Source: Promethearchaeota archaeon (GTDB lineage: Archaea > Asgardarchaeota > Hermodarchaeia > Hermodarchaeales > Hermodarchaeaceae). From it: a stretch of DNA of 32,686 nucleotides. Shown one piece after another: positions 9,050 through 17,157 of the stretch; position 1 is the first letter of the stretch, and each line of letters starts with the position of its first letter. The stretch spans positions 1 to 32,686 of the forward strand of contig JBHLPR010000025.1 of NCBI GenBank assembly GCA_048939245.1. The letters run 5' to 3'. A program made the position numbers and the translations under genes. The notes beneath the pieces are model-generated. The model ran no database searches. It was not told the origin of the DNA and worked only from the letters and a program-made list of their open reading frames with translations.

Positions 9050-9481
9050 ATGTCACTTACTACTGTCGGTATAATTCTTAACTTTGCTATTGACCTGGAA
9101 GCCTCTGCGGCCGCTTTTTATGAAACTGCGATCACCATCACTCAAACACAAGACTTGAAGAGTCTTTTCGAAGCCCTTATCATGCAAGGACAAAGTCGAA
9201 TACAAACGCTTATGCAATTTCGCCAACAATTATCACTTGACCAAAAGAAGGCTACGGTGACAGGCGTCAATAGTCAGCATTATCGGCCCAAAACCGAATG
9301 CCCGCCAGGATGTCCAGATAACCAATTAATTCGATTAGCATTGGCATTGGAGCAACAGATACACGACTTCTACCAAGATTCCAGTGATAAACTTGGTTTC
9401 CTCGACGCCCTCTCCGACGAATTTAATCAGCTTGCTAAAATTCACTTACTAAATCAAAAGAAACTACATACAGCAGGCTAG
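9050..9481 (+). CDS. ferritin-like/rubrerythrin-like four-helix protein (degenerate)
   Basis: Duplicated A-x-x-LE...FY helices (FAIDLEASAAAFYE; LALALEQQIHDFYQ). Confidence 0.7.
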   Translation: MSLTTVGIILNFAIDLEASAAAFYETAITITQTQDLKSLFEALIMQGQSRIQTLMQFRQQLSLDQKKATVTGVNSQHYRPKTECPPGCPDNQLIRLALALEQQIHDFYQDSSDKLGFLDALSDEFNQLAKIHLLNQKKLHTAG

Positions 9482-9507
9482 CGGATTTTACAAAAAACAT
9501 TATCTGA

Positions 9508-9537
9508 TTCTTTTGTTGAAATGTTCACAACAAAGAA
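9508..9537. terminator. imperfect inverted repeat (terminator or operator) before TATA-like TTTTTTAA
   Basis: TTCTTTTGTTG-N9-CAACAAAGAA; TATA-like element at about 9552-9559, 28 nt before ATG 9587. Confidence 0.35.
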
Positions 9538-9586
9538 AAGCGAGGACACGGTTTTTTAACTTGCTTCTGGTTCTTCGGTGACAGTT

Positions 9587-10438
9587 ATGTGCAAAATTTG
9601 TACTGCCCATGGCGGGGGCAAAAAATGGTTCGAAGTCAAACGTCATGTCGAAGTGAAGTTTGCCAAAGAAATGGGGTTTGAGCCTTGGGAAAAAGACCAC
9701 TGGCAATACGTCCACCAGCAATATGCTCAACTGGCGGCTCAAGCTGGTGACGCCATGGCCAATCCAGCGATGGCCGATAATGTCCGGAAAATGATAGATG
9801 ATATGATCTTTCAAATTCATCCCCTAGAAAAAGGTGTTAATTTCACCTTTCCCCAAGGACACGGCGCCCAAGTACTTACGCGGGAAGAAATTGAAGGGGT
9901 CATTAAGCTTTCTGGTGAACCGTATCTAGTTGAGTGTCTATGCCGTAAAATGATTAACGGAGCCAGTGACAGATGCTGCATTCCTCTGGGGCTTCATGGT
10001 GAAACTGCTGAAATGTTTCCCTCCAAGGACGAGAAAGTGGAACGCATTAGTGTTGATGAAGCAATTGCCTTAACTCGGAAATTCAATCAGCAAGGGCGGG
10101 TTCATACGCTTGCTGGAACTCCTCTTCCAATGGCGATGGCTGTCTGTAATTGTGAGGTTCCCTATTGTATTGCCTTGCGTCCCAGAGTGGACATGGGCTT
10201 CAATTACATCATAAAAAGCCATTGGGTCGCGAAGGTTGATGTGGATCAATGTTCTGGTTGTCGGGAATGCCTTTCACGGTGTCAATTTGGAGCGATAACA
10301 TTTTCAAACGCAACCGAACGTGCCAATATTGACATGTGGAAGTGTTACGGGTGTGGACTCTGTAAAGAGACATGTCCTGAAAATGCAATCGAACTCATCC
10401 CCCGAGAATCCTTACCCGCATTAAAGGACTGGTGGTAA
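9587..10438 (+). CDS. 4Fe-4S dicluster protein with N-terminal MCxxCxxHGxGKKW domain
   Basis: MCKICTAHGGGKKWF, ECLCR, VCNCEVPYC, CSGCRECLSRC, CYGCGLCKETCP. Confidence 0.88.
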   Translation: MCKICTAHGGGKKWFEVKRHVEVKFAKEMGFEPWEKDHWQYVHQQYAQLAAQAGDAMANPAMADNVRKMIDDMIFQIHPLEKGVNFTFPQGHGAQVLTREEIEGVIKLSGEPYLVECLCRKMINGASDRCCIPLGLHGETAEMFPSKDEKVERISVDEAIALTRKFNQQGRVHTLAGTPLPMAMAVCNCEVPYCIALRPRVDMGFNYIIKSHWVAKVDVDQCSGCRECLSRCQFGAITFSNATERANIDMWKCYGCGLCKETCPENAIELIPRESLPALKDWW

Positions 10439-10440
10439 AC

Positions 10441-10689
10441 ATGCAGAACTACTACAAGGTTGAATGGGATCACGACAAATGTCAGAATGCTTTTGAATGT
10501 GCCCAGTGTTTGCGTGTTTGCCCTCAAGCCGTTTTTGCATTGTATGCATCTAATCGTCAAGAAGGCATAGTACCAACTGAATATGTGATTTCTCCGGCAA
10601 TGCAAATGTTTTGTAACGGATGCAATGCTTGTATCGAAGTATGTCCCAATGATGCGATCAAGGTCTATCCAAAATCTAAGGCTCAATGA
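10441..10689 (+). CDS. 4Fe-4S ferredoxin
   Basis: CQNAFECAQCLRVCP and CNGCNACIEVCP; starts 2 nt after the upstream stop. Confidence 0.88.
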   Translation: MQNYYKVEWDHDKCQNAFECAQCLRVCPQAVFALYASNRQEGIVPTEYVISPAMQMFCNGCNACIEVCPNDAIKVYPKSKAQ

Positions 10690-10749
10690 ACACGAAATCT
10701 AGAAAAATATCTTTTCATCAACCAGGGAGTACGACATGCTCACTTCGTG

Positions 10750-11205
10750 TCATAATTGGAGTTCCTCGATTTTGCTGATAATCTGATCAACATGTCCTTT
10801 AACGCTGACCTTAGGCCACACAAAGCGAACAACACCTTCTCGGTCGATCAGAAAGGTAACCCGTTTTGCTGTACCAATAATTTCCCTCTTCACGCCATAA
10901 AGCTCAACGATTTTCTTGTCAGCATCTGCAATTAGCGGAAAAGACAAGTCATGTTTAGCCTTAAAACCCGCTTGCCTTTTGACACTATCCGTACTCACAC
11001 CTACCACTTTAACGCCCATACCGGTGAGTCGGATCATATTATCGCGAAAAGAACAAGCTTCCTTAATGCAACCTGGGGTGTTAGCCCGGGGATAAAAATA
11101 CAAAACCACGATATTGTCTCTCAGCTTTGCCAGTTCTAATTCGGTATTGTCATCAGTGATTCCAATAAAATTTGGAGCCGATTGCCCAACTTCAGGCATA
11201 TCCAT
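10750..11205 (-). CDS. bcp: peroxiredoxin BCP/PrxQ
   Basis: LYFYPRANTPGCIKEACSFRD (PxxxTxxC plus resolving Cys), RVTFLID. Confidence 0.95.
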   Translation of the reverse strand: MDMPEVGQSAPNFIGITDDNTELELAKLRDNIVVLYFYPRANTPGCIKEACSFRDNMIRLTGMGVKVVGVSTDSVKRQAGFKAKHDLSFPLIADADKKIVELYGVKREIIGTAKRVTFLIDREGVVRFVWPKVSVKGHVDQIISKIEELQL

Positions 11206-11273
11206 TGTAGAAACCTCAGTCAAATGGGAAGCTGCGTACTCTTCTTATTCGTTTCGCAATTCTTAGAAGGGCT

Positions 11274-11993
11274 CTAGATTGGTGTAAATTCGCTTTTACG
11301 CGCCCCACACACCGGGCACACCCAGTCTTCGGGTATATCTTTAAAGGCTGTGCCAGGCGCAATACCATGTTCGGGGTCACCAACAACAGGATCGTAAATG
11401 TAGCCACACACAACGCATTGATATTTTCCTTTTTCTTCTGTTTTGCTGGTCTTTTCCGGAGTTGGTGGAACATAGGTCGCTGCCCGTTTCGATGTTTTAC
11501 CGCCTTTGACTTGGTGGTAGTACGCATATGTTAAAGGGGTCCCCTCTTCCAACATCTCTGCCCCTTTAACTTCTCCAATAAAAATGGTGTGTGTATCGAC
11601 ATCCACCTGGTTGGTCACCTTTACTTCAAGATACGCAAGAGCGTTATCAACAATGATTGGACAGTCTTCAAGTCCTTTCAAATGCTTTACCTCGCTAAGC
11701 TTATTCAGCTCACGCCCGGACCTGAACCCAAATCGACCAATGAACTTCATTGGAGTAGATTGGTCAAGAATTGAAACAGAAAACATACCGCTCTTTGTAA
11801 TCAGTTCGTGAGTAAGATTTTCCTTATTAATACTCACCGCGACGCGTGGAGGAAACGCGGTTATTTGGAATACGGTATTCACGATTTGCCCATTAATTTG
11901 ATCATCTGCTTTCGCTGCTACGATGTATAATCCATAGCTGAGAAGATTGAGCACAGACATATCCAATTCTTTATCCATTTTACTCAGCTCCAT
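11274..11993 (-). CDS. flavin reductase-rubredoxin fusion (high-molecular-weight rubredoxin, Hrb-like)
   Basis: [41 protein letters not shown]; C-terminal CVVCGYIYD...[10 protein letters not shown]; start uncertain. Confidence 0.92.
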   Translation of the reverse strand: MELSKMDKELDMSVLNLLSYGLYIVAAKADDQINGQIVNTVFQITAFPPRVAVSINKENLTHELITKSGMFSVSILDQSTPMKFIGRFGFRSGRELNKLSEVKHLKGLEDCPIIVDNALAYLEVKVTNQVDVDTHTIFIGEVKGAEMLEEGTPLTYAYYHQVKGGKTSKRAATYVPPTPEKTSKTEEKGKYQCVVCGYIYDPVVGDPEHGIAPGTAFKDIPEDWVCPVCGARKSEFTPI

Positions 11994-12021
11994 TTAGAAA
12001 ATTCAAATTACGTGTAGATTG

Positions 12022-12234
12022 TTAGTTTTCCGGTTCAATTACAAAGTTACAATCCTTGATTATGTAACTAAATCGCTTTATCATGTCCAACGCTTGCTGA
12101 TAACTTATTTTTAGGTGCCTGTGTGAAGGTGCCAACATCTCATCTAAGCTACTATTCCACTCAGTAATTTGGTTTTTCTCAAAGTGAATACGACGTGGTT
12201 TACAATTATCCAAAGGAGGATTCAAATCAGACAT
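12022..12234 (-). CDS. small hypothetical protein
   Basis: 70-aa ORF preceded by Shine-Dalgarno-like GAGGTG 6 nt before ATG, co-directional with and 28 nt upstream of the Hrb-like gene. Confidence 0.45.
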   Translation of the reverse strand: MSDLNPPLDNCKPRRIHFEKNQITEWNSSLDEMLAPSHRHLKISYQQALDMIKRFSYIIKDCNFVIEPEN

Positions 12235-12523
12235 TGGCTACACCTCTGTTTCATCCAAATGTAACGTCTAACATATTTGCTAGAAGTGCTTACAATTTTA
12301 CTCCAAGATATTAAAGACGCTATTTATCTATTCCGCGATTGCGAAGAACCAGAACTAGCATCACAACGAGCTGCCCGTAGCCTTTTTATATTCGAGATGA
12401 ATTGGAGAAAGAAGCAGGTCTAATACTCTGAATCGTTTTCTCTTGTGGCTACCTCTCATTGCGGCAGAACTTGAGGAAGGATTTAGTTGGAAACCTGATT
12501 ATCGAAGCAACGTGGTACCGAAA

Positions 12524-12982
12524 ATGAGCTACGATCGAGAGCCTGTTGAGGCTACAGTCGCTGAATTGCGACCTTTTATGAAAAGTTTGAACATCACCTT
12601 CAAGGTCATCGAAAAAGGTGAAGAGCGCGAAGTCACCTCCCGCCGCGATGGTGAAACCCATCGAGTTGTTGACGCAACTGCAGGTGACGCTACTGGTGTC
12701 GTACTAATCTCATTGTGGGATGACAATATTGAATCCATCGAAGTCGACAAAACTTATCGCCTAGAAAAAGGCTACACCAGTCTTTTCCAGGGACACCTCC
12801 GGCTAAACATCGGGCGATATGGCGAAATCAGTGAAGCTGACGAAGCGATAGATGAAGTCGACGCAGAAAACGATATGTCTGCTGCAGAACACGAACAGCC
12901 ACGCTACCGACGGCGAAGCTATGGTGGACGCGGTGGCGGATCCCGCCGTGGCGATCGGCGCGATCGTGGTCGTCGCTACTAA
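12524..12982 (+). CDS. ssb: single-OB-fold single-stranded DNA-binding protein (Sulfolobus SSB / hSSB1-like)
   Basis: LNITFKVIE...GDATG...ISLWDD...GYTSLFQGHLRLNIGRYG OB fold; acidic linker then R/G-rich tail; ATG 12524 preferred over TTG 12443. Confidence 0.88.
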   Translation: MSYDREPVEATVAELRPFMKSLNITFKVIEKGEEREVTSRRDGETHRVVDATAGDATGVVLISLWDDNIESIEVDKTYRLEKGYTSLFQGHLRLNIGRYGEISEADEAIDEVDAENDMSAAEHEQPRYRRRSYGGRGGGSRRGDRRDRGRRY

Positions 12983-12996
12983 TCTCTCCTCATTGC

Positions 12997-13036
12997 CCTT
13001 CACGCCTCATAATTTGGCGTGAAGGCTCCCCTTTTT
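12997..13036 (+). terminator. hairpin terminator after ssb
   Basis: Perfect 10-bp stem CCTTCACGCC/GGCGTGAAGG, 9-nt loop, followed by CTCCCCTTTTT, between convergent genes. Confidence 0.7.
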
Positions 13037-13045
13037 CTCAAATCG

Positions 13046-13543
13046 TCAACCAAGGCGAGAACTACTTTCCAATAATATTTGTGAAGAAATTTCAGCTAAA
13101 ATCAAGTCAAAACCCGGTTCTTCAAAACGAATCCCCTTTTTTTGAAAACCGAGGTGTTGAAAATAAAACTGTTGGGCACGTGAATCAATCGAGCTCACTG
13201 TAGTTTTAATAATGCCAATTTGATGTGCCACGGCATATTGGGCTAGTTGTTTTAGAAGCCAGGTTCCCGTCCCTTGTTGTGGAGGAATCGCACAAACAAA
13301 TCGGATGAACAACTCTTCTGAACGATGGTAAAAGTCGAGAAGCCCTTTTACACTATTACGCACGGTAGCAAGCCAGATTTTCCTATTGTCTTCTCTGAGA
13401 GCATTCTGTAAATGGGTCTCAATTGATTCAGCCAGTTCATCGAAAGATTCGGAAGCGCCCGGCGGCGTCTCCAACAATAAGCCTTGAGCGTAAATCCGAG
13501 CAGCCAGTTTAAGATTCTGCTTAGAAAGTAGTGTAATTTTCAT
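13046..13543 (-). CDS. GNAT family N-acetyltransferase
   Basis: Motif A QQGTGTWLL and motif B RAQQFYFQHLGF. Confidence 0.85.
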   Translation of the reverse strand: MKITLLSKQNLKLAARIYAQGLLLETPPGASESFDELAESIETHLQNALREDNRKIWLATVRNSVKGLLDFYHRSEELFIRFVCAIPPQQGTGTWLLKQLAQYAVAHQIGIIKTTVSSIDSRAQQFYFQHLGFQKKGIRFEEPGFDLILAEISSQILLESSSRLG

Positions 13544-13711
13544 CGAGTTCAGTTGGGAAATCGTTCGGACCTCCAACAAGGGGATAGCATTCTTTTATCA
13601 GTTTGAATGATTGTCTCTCGAACAGTCACTGTACTTAAGATATCCGGGAGGCATCTGATTATAGGCGTATCCGTCGGATCTCAAGAACTTACCTGCCAAA
13701 TGGTGTGCATA

Positions 13712-14047
13712 ATGCCCATCGACCGGAACTTCGCAATAACTTGGAAACAAACTGCCACTCATAAGAACCATTCGATCTGGCAGTCTGAAACATCTAAATT
13801 AGGGATTCACGGAACCCGTGTGGCTGTGGATTTTGATGAATGTTCAGGGTGTATGAAATGTGTGACTGTCTGCCCTGAAGACGTATTCAAGCGATTTGAA
13901 GTAGCCTCTGGAGTAATCAAAGCAGATCCTGAAAGAGAAGATGTATGTTTAGACTGTTTGGCCTGTGAGCTAGTTTGTCCTGAAGATGCTATTTTTATTG
14001 CTCGACAGCCATCAAAATCTGATACCTTAAGCGCTTTATTGGACTAG
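13712..14047 (+). CDS. zinc-containing-type dicluster ferredoxin (Zfx-like)
   Basis: MPIDRNF...HKNH...KLGIHGTRVAVDFDEC, KADP, CSGCMKCVTVCP and CLDCLACELVCP. Confidence 0.85.
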   Translation: MPIDRNFAITWKQTATHKNHSIWQSETSKLGIHGTRVAVDFDECSGCMKCVTVCPEDVFKRFEVASGVIKADPEREDVCLDCLACELVCPEDAIFIARQPSKSDTLSALLD

Positions 14048-14086
14048 CACACATACTTCCTAGTATTCCTTTGAGCACTACTAAGG

Positions 14087-15364
14087 ATGGATTCAACCAT
14101 GTTTGATGTGTTACTAACAGAAAGAGAACGGCAAATCCGTGATGAAGTTCGCACCTTTGTTCGAGATAAGGTGGATTCCAAACTAATAATCCAAATGGAT
14201 GGAAATGAACAGGAATACCCCTATGACTTCATTAAGACAGCGTCAAAAGCTAATTTACTTGGATTGCGATTTCCCAAAAAATATGCAGGGCGTGGGTTGA
14301 ATTGGGTCTCTGAAATGCTGGCAATCGAGGAAATTGGGGTGCTAGGGATTGCTCTAGGATGCGCATATTCGCTTCCCAGCATTGTCGGTGAATCCATCGA
14401 TAAATTCGGAACCGAAGATCAGAAAAAGTCATACCTCACTCCTGCTCTTTGCGGTGAGAAAATCTGTGCTGAAGGGCTTACTGAACCCAGAGGAGGCTCA
14501 GACTTCTTTGGCACCAATACGTCAGCAATCCTTGAAGGGGATCATTTCATAGTTAATGGGGAGAAACGATTTGTGGCAGGTGGTATAGGTGCTGACTACT
14601 TTCTAATCTATGCAAAAACGAACATGAAGGCTCCTCCTCATCGATCTCTCAGTGCATTTCTGGTCGACCGTGATATGGGCGTGGAGGTTGATGAGCATTA
14701 TAGTCTCATGGGCTGTCGGGGGATGGGTGCAGCTCGAATTGTCTTAAAAGATGTGGAAATTCCCAAACAAAATCTAGTGGGTCAATTGGATGGAGCCACT
14801 GAGATCTTCAATGCTATGATGGTTCCTGAAAGACTCACATCTGCTGCAGGTGCCATTGGGCTTGGACGTGCAGCCTTAGAACTCGCTGTACGCTATGCTG
14901 CCCGACGTGAAGCGTTTGGTAAGACGATTAGTCGTTACGAAGGGATAAACTTCAAAATAGCCGATTGCGCGACAGCATTAGACGCTGCCAGAGGGTTAGT
15001 ATATCGTGCTGCACGGCTCGCTGATGCAGGACAACCTAGTCGAAAGGCGGTCTCGCAAGCCAAGGTCTTTGCTACTGAAGCATGCTATCAAACGGTCTCT
15101 GATGCTATGCAGATTCTTGGGGGAATCGGCTATACCGACGTTTATCCTATCGAAAGACTATTTCGAGATGCACGACTCGCCACCATCTGGACGGGAAGCA
15201 GCGAAATCATGCGCCTGATTATTCAAAGCGATATATTCAAAGAAATTCTCAAAGAGCCCAAGGGCACAAAACGGGATGTAGAATTGGATACGCCGGGTGC
15301 TAAGAAAACCGTTGAGAAAGTATACCGTGAAGATCCAACTAAATATTTTCCGAAAAAAGATTAG
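14087..15364 (+). CDS. acyl-CoA dehydrogenase
   Basis: GLTEPRGGSD, VNGEKRF, REAFGKTI, QILGGIGY, ERLFRDARL, IWTGSSEI. Confidence 0.95.
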   Translation: MDSTMFDVLLTERERQIRDEVRTFVRDKVDSKLIIQMDGNEQEYPYDFIKTASKANLLGLRFPKKYAGRGLNWVSEMLAIEEIGVLGIALGCAYSLPSIVGESIDKFGTEDQKKSYLTPALCGEKICAEGLTEPRGGSDFFGTNTSAILEGDHFIVNGEKRFVAGGIGADYFLIYAKTNMKAPPHRSLSAFLVDRDMGVEVDEHYSLMGCRGMGAARIVLKDVEIPKQNLVGQLDGATEIFNAMMVPERLTSAAGAIGLGRAALELAVRYAARREAFGKTISRYEGINFKIADCATALDAARGLVYRAARLADAGQPSRKAVSQAKVFATEACYQTVSDAMQILGGIGYTDVYPIERLFRDARLATIWTGSSEIMRLIIQSDIFKEILKEPKGTKRDVELDTPGAKKTVEKVYREDPTKYFPKKD

Positions 15365-16356
15365 TCTTCACTGGGAGCGGAGTAAAACACTTCATTCAGC
15401 TGTTCTTGAGCAGTGATTTGATGGTTGCGTCGAAGCTGTGAAATCATGGACATCAAGGAATGCATGGGAATATCAAGCGACTGTGATACATCTTTAAGCC
15501 GACAGGGTCGCCGCTGAAGCATAGTCAATAAATCTTCTTGCAATGATTGGTGGGATTTCCAGGACGCAGCCTGTTTTCGCGCATCATGGCTCCCGTATAC
15601 CCAAATACGTTCTGCCTCATAGTAGTCCCCCAGCTCAGATGCAAAATCATCCAATTCGAATTTTTGAATTGGTTTCACGCGGTCACTACTAGGTGGTCGC
15701 CAAGGCGTATACAGTTGGATAAAATCTACAACCGGTGCTATTTCAATCAATTCACCCACTAACGATTCTCGGGCTGGGCCCCTTACATTTGAAATATCTG
15801 AGTCCAATTTCAGTAACATCACTTCAAGAGCTATCGTCGCCGTGCTCAGTTTTCTCAGTTTATGGATGCCTTTCACCAGTTGGTTGTGGTGAAATGAAAT
15901 GAGGGGTCTGTTAATTGCACGGTGAGTTACATCATCTCCAGCATCAAATTTGATAGTTACAATATCAAATTCGCAAAGGTTTTTCAATACCCTCTGATTT
16001 CCAAGTAATGATCCATTCGTTAACAATACAACAGGCAAACCAGGGAGTTGTTTTCGGGTTATGCCCACCATCGATCCCATTCTTAAGTTGAGAGTAGGCT
16101 CCCCGGACCCTGAGAATGTCACCACATCTAAACTATCAACAGACAACTGGCGAAGATGCTTTTCAAGATTATTTCGAAGCATATCTGCATCAGGAAGTTC
16201 ATGTTGGTATCTCGGTATAGGTTTAGCTGGGATTCGAGTGGCTCCTAACTGGCAGTAAACGCAATTGAAGGTACACCTTTTCGGTGGAGGAACCGGATCA
16301 ATGCCCAAAGATCTTCCGAAACGCCACGACATCACCGGGCCATAAACTAAATCCAT
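15361..16356 (-). CDS. radical SAM protein (COG0731-type)
   Basis: VYGPVMSWRFGRSLGID, CTFNCVYC, TFSGSGEPTL, LTNGSLL; C-terminal helix-turn-helix-like segment (RRPC...). Confidence 0.92.
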   Translation of the reverse strand: MDLVYGPVMSWRFGRSLGIDPVPPPKRCTFNCVYCQLGATRIPAKPIPRYQHELPDADMLRNNLEKHLRQLSVDSLDVVTFSGSGEPTLNLRMGSMVGITRKQLPGLPVVLLTNGSLLGNQRVLKNLCEFDIVTIKFDAGDDVTHRAINRPLISFHHNQLVKGIHKLRKLSTATIALEVMLLKLDSDISNVRGPARESLVGELIEIAPVVDFIQLYTPWRPPSSDRVKPIQKFELDDFASELGDYYEAERIWVYGSHDARKQAASWKSHQSLQEDLLTMLQRRPCRLKDVSQSLDIPMHSLMSMISQLRRNHQITAQEQLNEVFYSAPSED

Positions 16357-16393
16357 AACTCGTTATCCTTCTTGTAATCCTTTGGGGTTCTAT

Positions 16394-16717
16394 TCATTGT
16401 GTTTTTTGAAGCTGCCCTTCCTTGACCACTATCACCAGAGGACGACTTTCTGTTAATGCGGTAACGACTTTCTTTCGTCCAGTTTGAAGAAGCCGCCATA
16501 CAGTTCCTCGAGAAACTCCCATCTCTTTTCCTGCATCCTTCTGCTCATGGCCTTGCTTATCAACAAGCCGCATTGCCTCCAGTTCTGACGCATAGAGCTG
16601 TATTGGCGTCGAGTTTTTGATCTCAGTTGGAATAAAAGAGGTCTGTGCGGGGATCCGCCCTAAACTAACTGGTTTTGGCGGGCGTCCGCGACCTGCCCAT
16701 CCGCGACGATATCTCAT
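16394..16717 (-). CDS. DUF134 family HTH protein
   Basis: GRPPKP, ELEAMRLVD, AGKEMGVSRGTVWRLL, RKKVVTAL. Confidence 0.92.
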   Translation of the reverse strand: MRYRRGWAGRGRPPKPVSLGRIPAQTSFIPTEIKNSTPIQLYASELEAMRLVDKQGHEQKDAGKEMGVSRGTVWRLLQTGRKKVVTALTESRPLVIVVKEGQLQKTQ

Positions 16718-16761
16718 TTTTGTTCGTTATGAATTGCCCCTTGGATACATTTATATATTTC

Positions 16762-16801
16762 TGTGCATATACACAAAATAATTGTGTGCATAAACACAAA
16801 A
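16762..16801. promoter_or_regulatory. tandem palindromic operator-like repeats
   Basis: TGTGCATATACACAAAA (16762-16778) and TGTGCATAAACACAAAA (16785-16801), 23-bp period, next to TATA-like TTTATATA at about 16750. Confidence 0.7.
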
Positions 16802-16817
16802 AGAGGTGATAACCCAA

Positions 16818-17108
16818 ATGTGGCAACGTGGAAATCGAGGACGTGGTCAGGGTCGCAATCAAGGTCAATGGCCAGGTAACGGACCTTTCTCTCATCTTCC
16901 TCCATGGCAACGCCCAGGCTGGCTCTATGGACGTGGTAGTTGTTGGTATCTATATTCCCAACAGCAAAATCAAGGTATCGCTCCCGAACAAGCCCCTCCC
17001 TTCCCAAACCAATTCGCATCAGGTATAAACTTCTGTACCCAATGCAGTGCGCCTTTACCAACCAACGCGAATTATTGTCCTAGCTGCGGAAAGAAAGTTG
17101 GGAATTAG
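16818..17108 (+). CDS. small Gly/Arg-rich protein (DUF5320-like N-terminus) with C-terminal zinc ribbon
   Basis: SD GAGGTGA; WPGNGPFSHLPPWQRPGWLYGRGSCW; CTQC...CPSCG. Confidence 0.75.
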   Translation: MWQRGNRGRGQGRNQGQWPGNGPFSHLPPWQRPGWLYGRGSCWYLYSQQQNQGIAPEQAPPFPNQFASGINFCTQCSAPLPTNANYCPSCGKKVGN

Positions 17109-17157
17109 CTTCTGGTGCAATAATACCTCTTCATCGCACTCTAACGACTCTTCAGGT

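Noticed and set aside
9587-13036. Selenocysteine recoding in the redox genes, or the 12997 hairpin as a SECIS
   Set aside because: Catalytic positions are ordinary Cys codons, no in-frame TGA interrupts a recognisable domain, and the hairpin lacks SECIS core features.
15361-16356. Tyw1/Taw1 wyosine synthase call
   Set aside because: Related family, but the Taw1 N-terminal Cys/Lys motifs were not recognised and the context is the ORP-like locus.
16762-16801. Mini CRISPR array
   Set aside because: Only two 17-bp units with a 6-nt spacer and no cas genes; better explained as operators.
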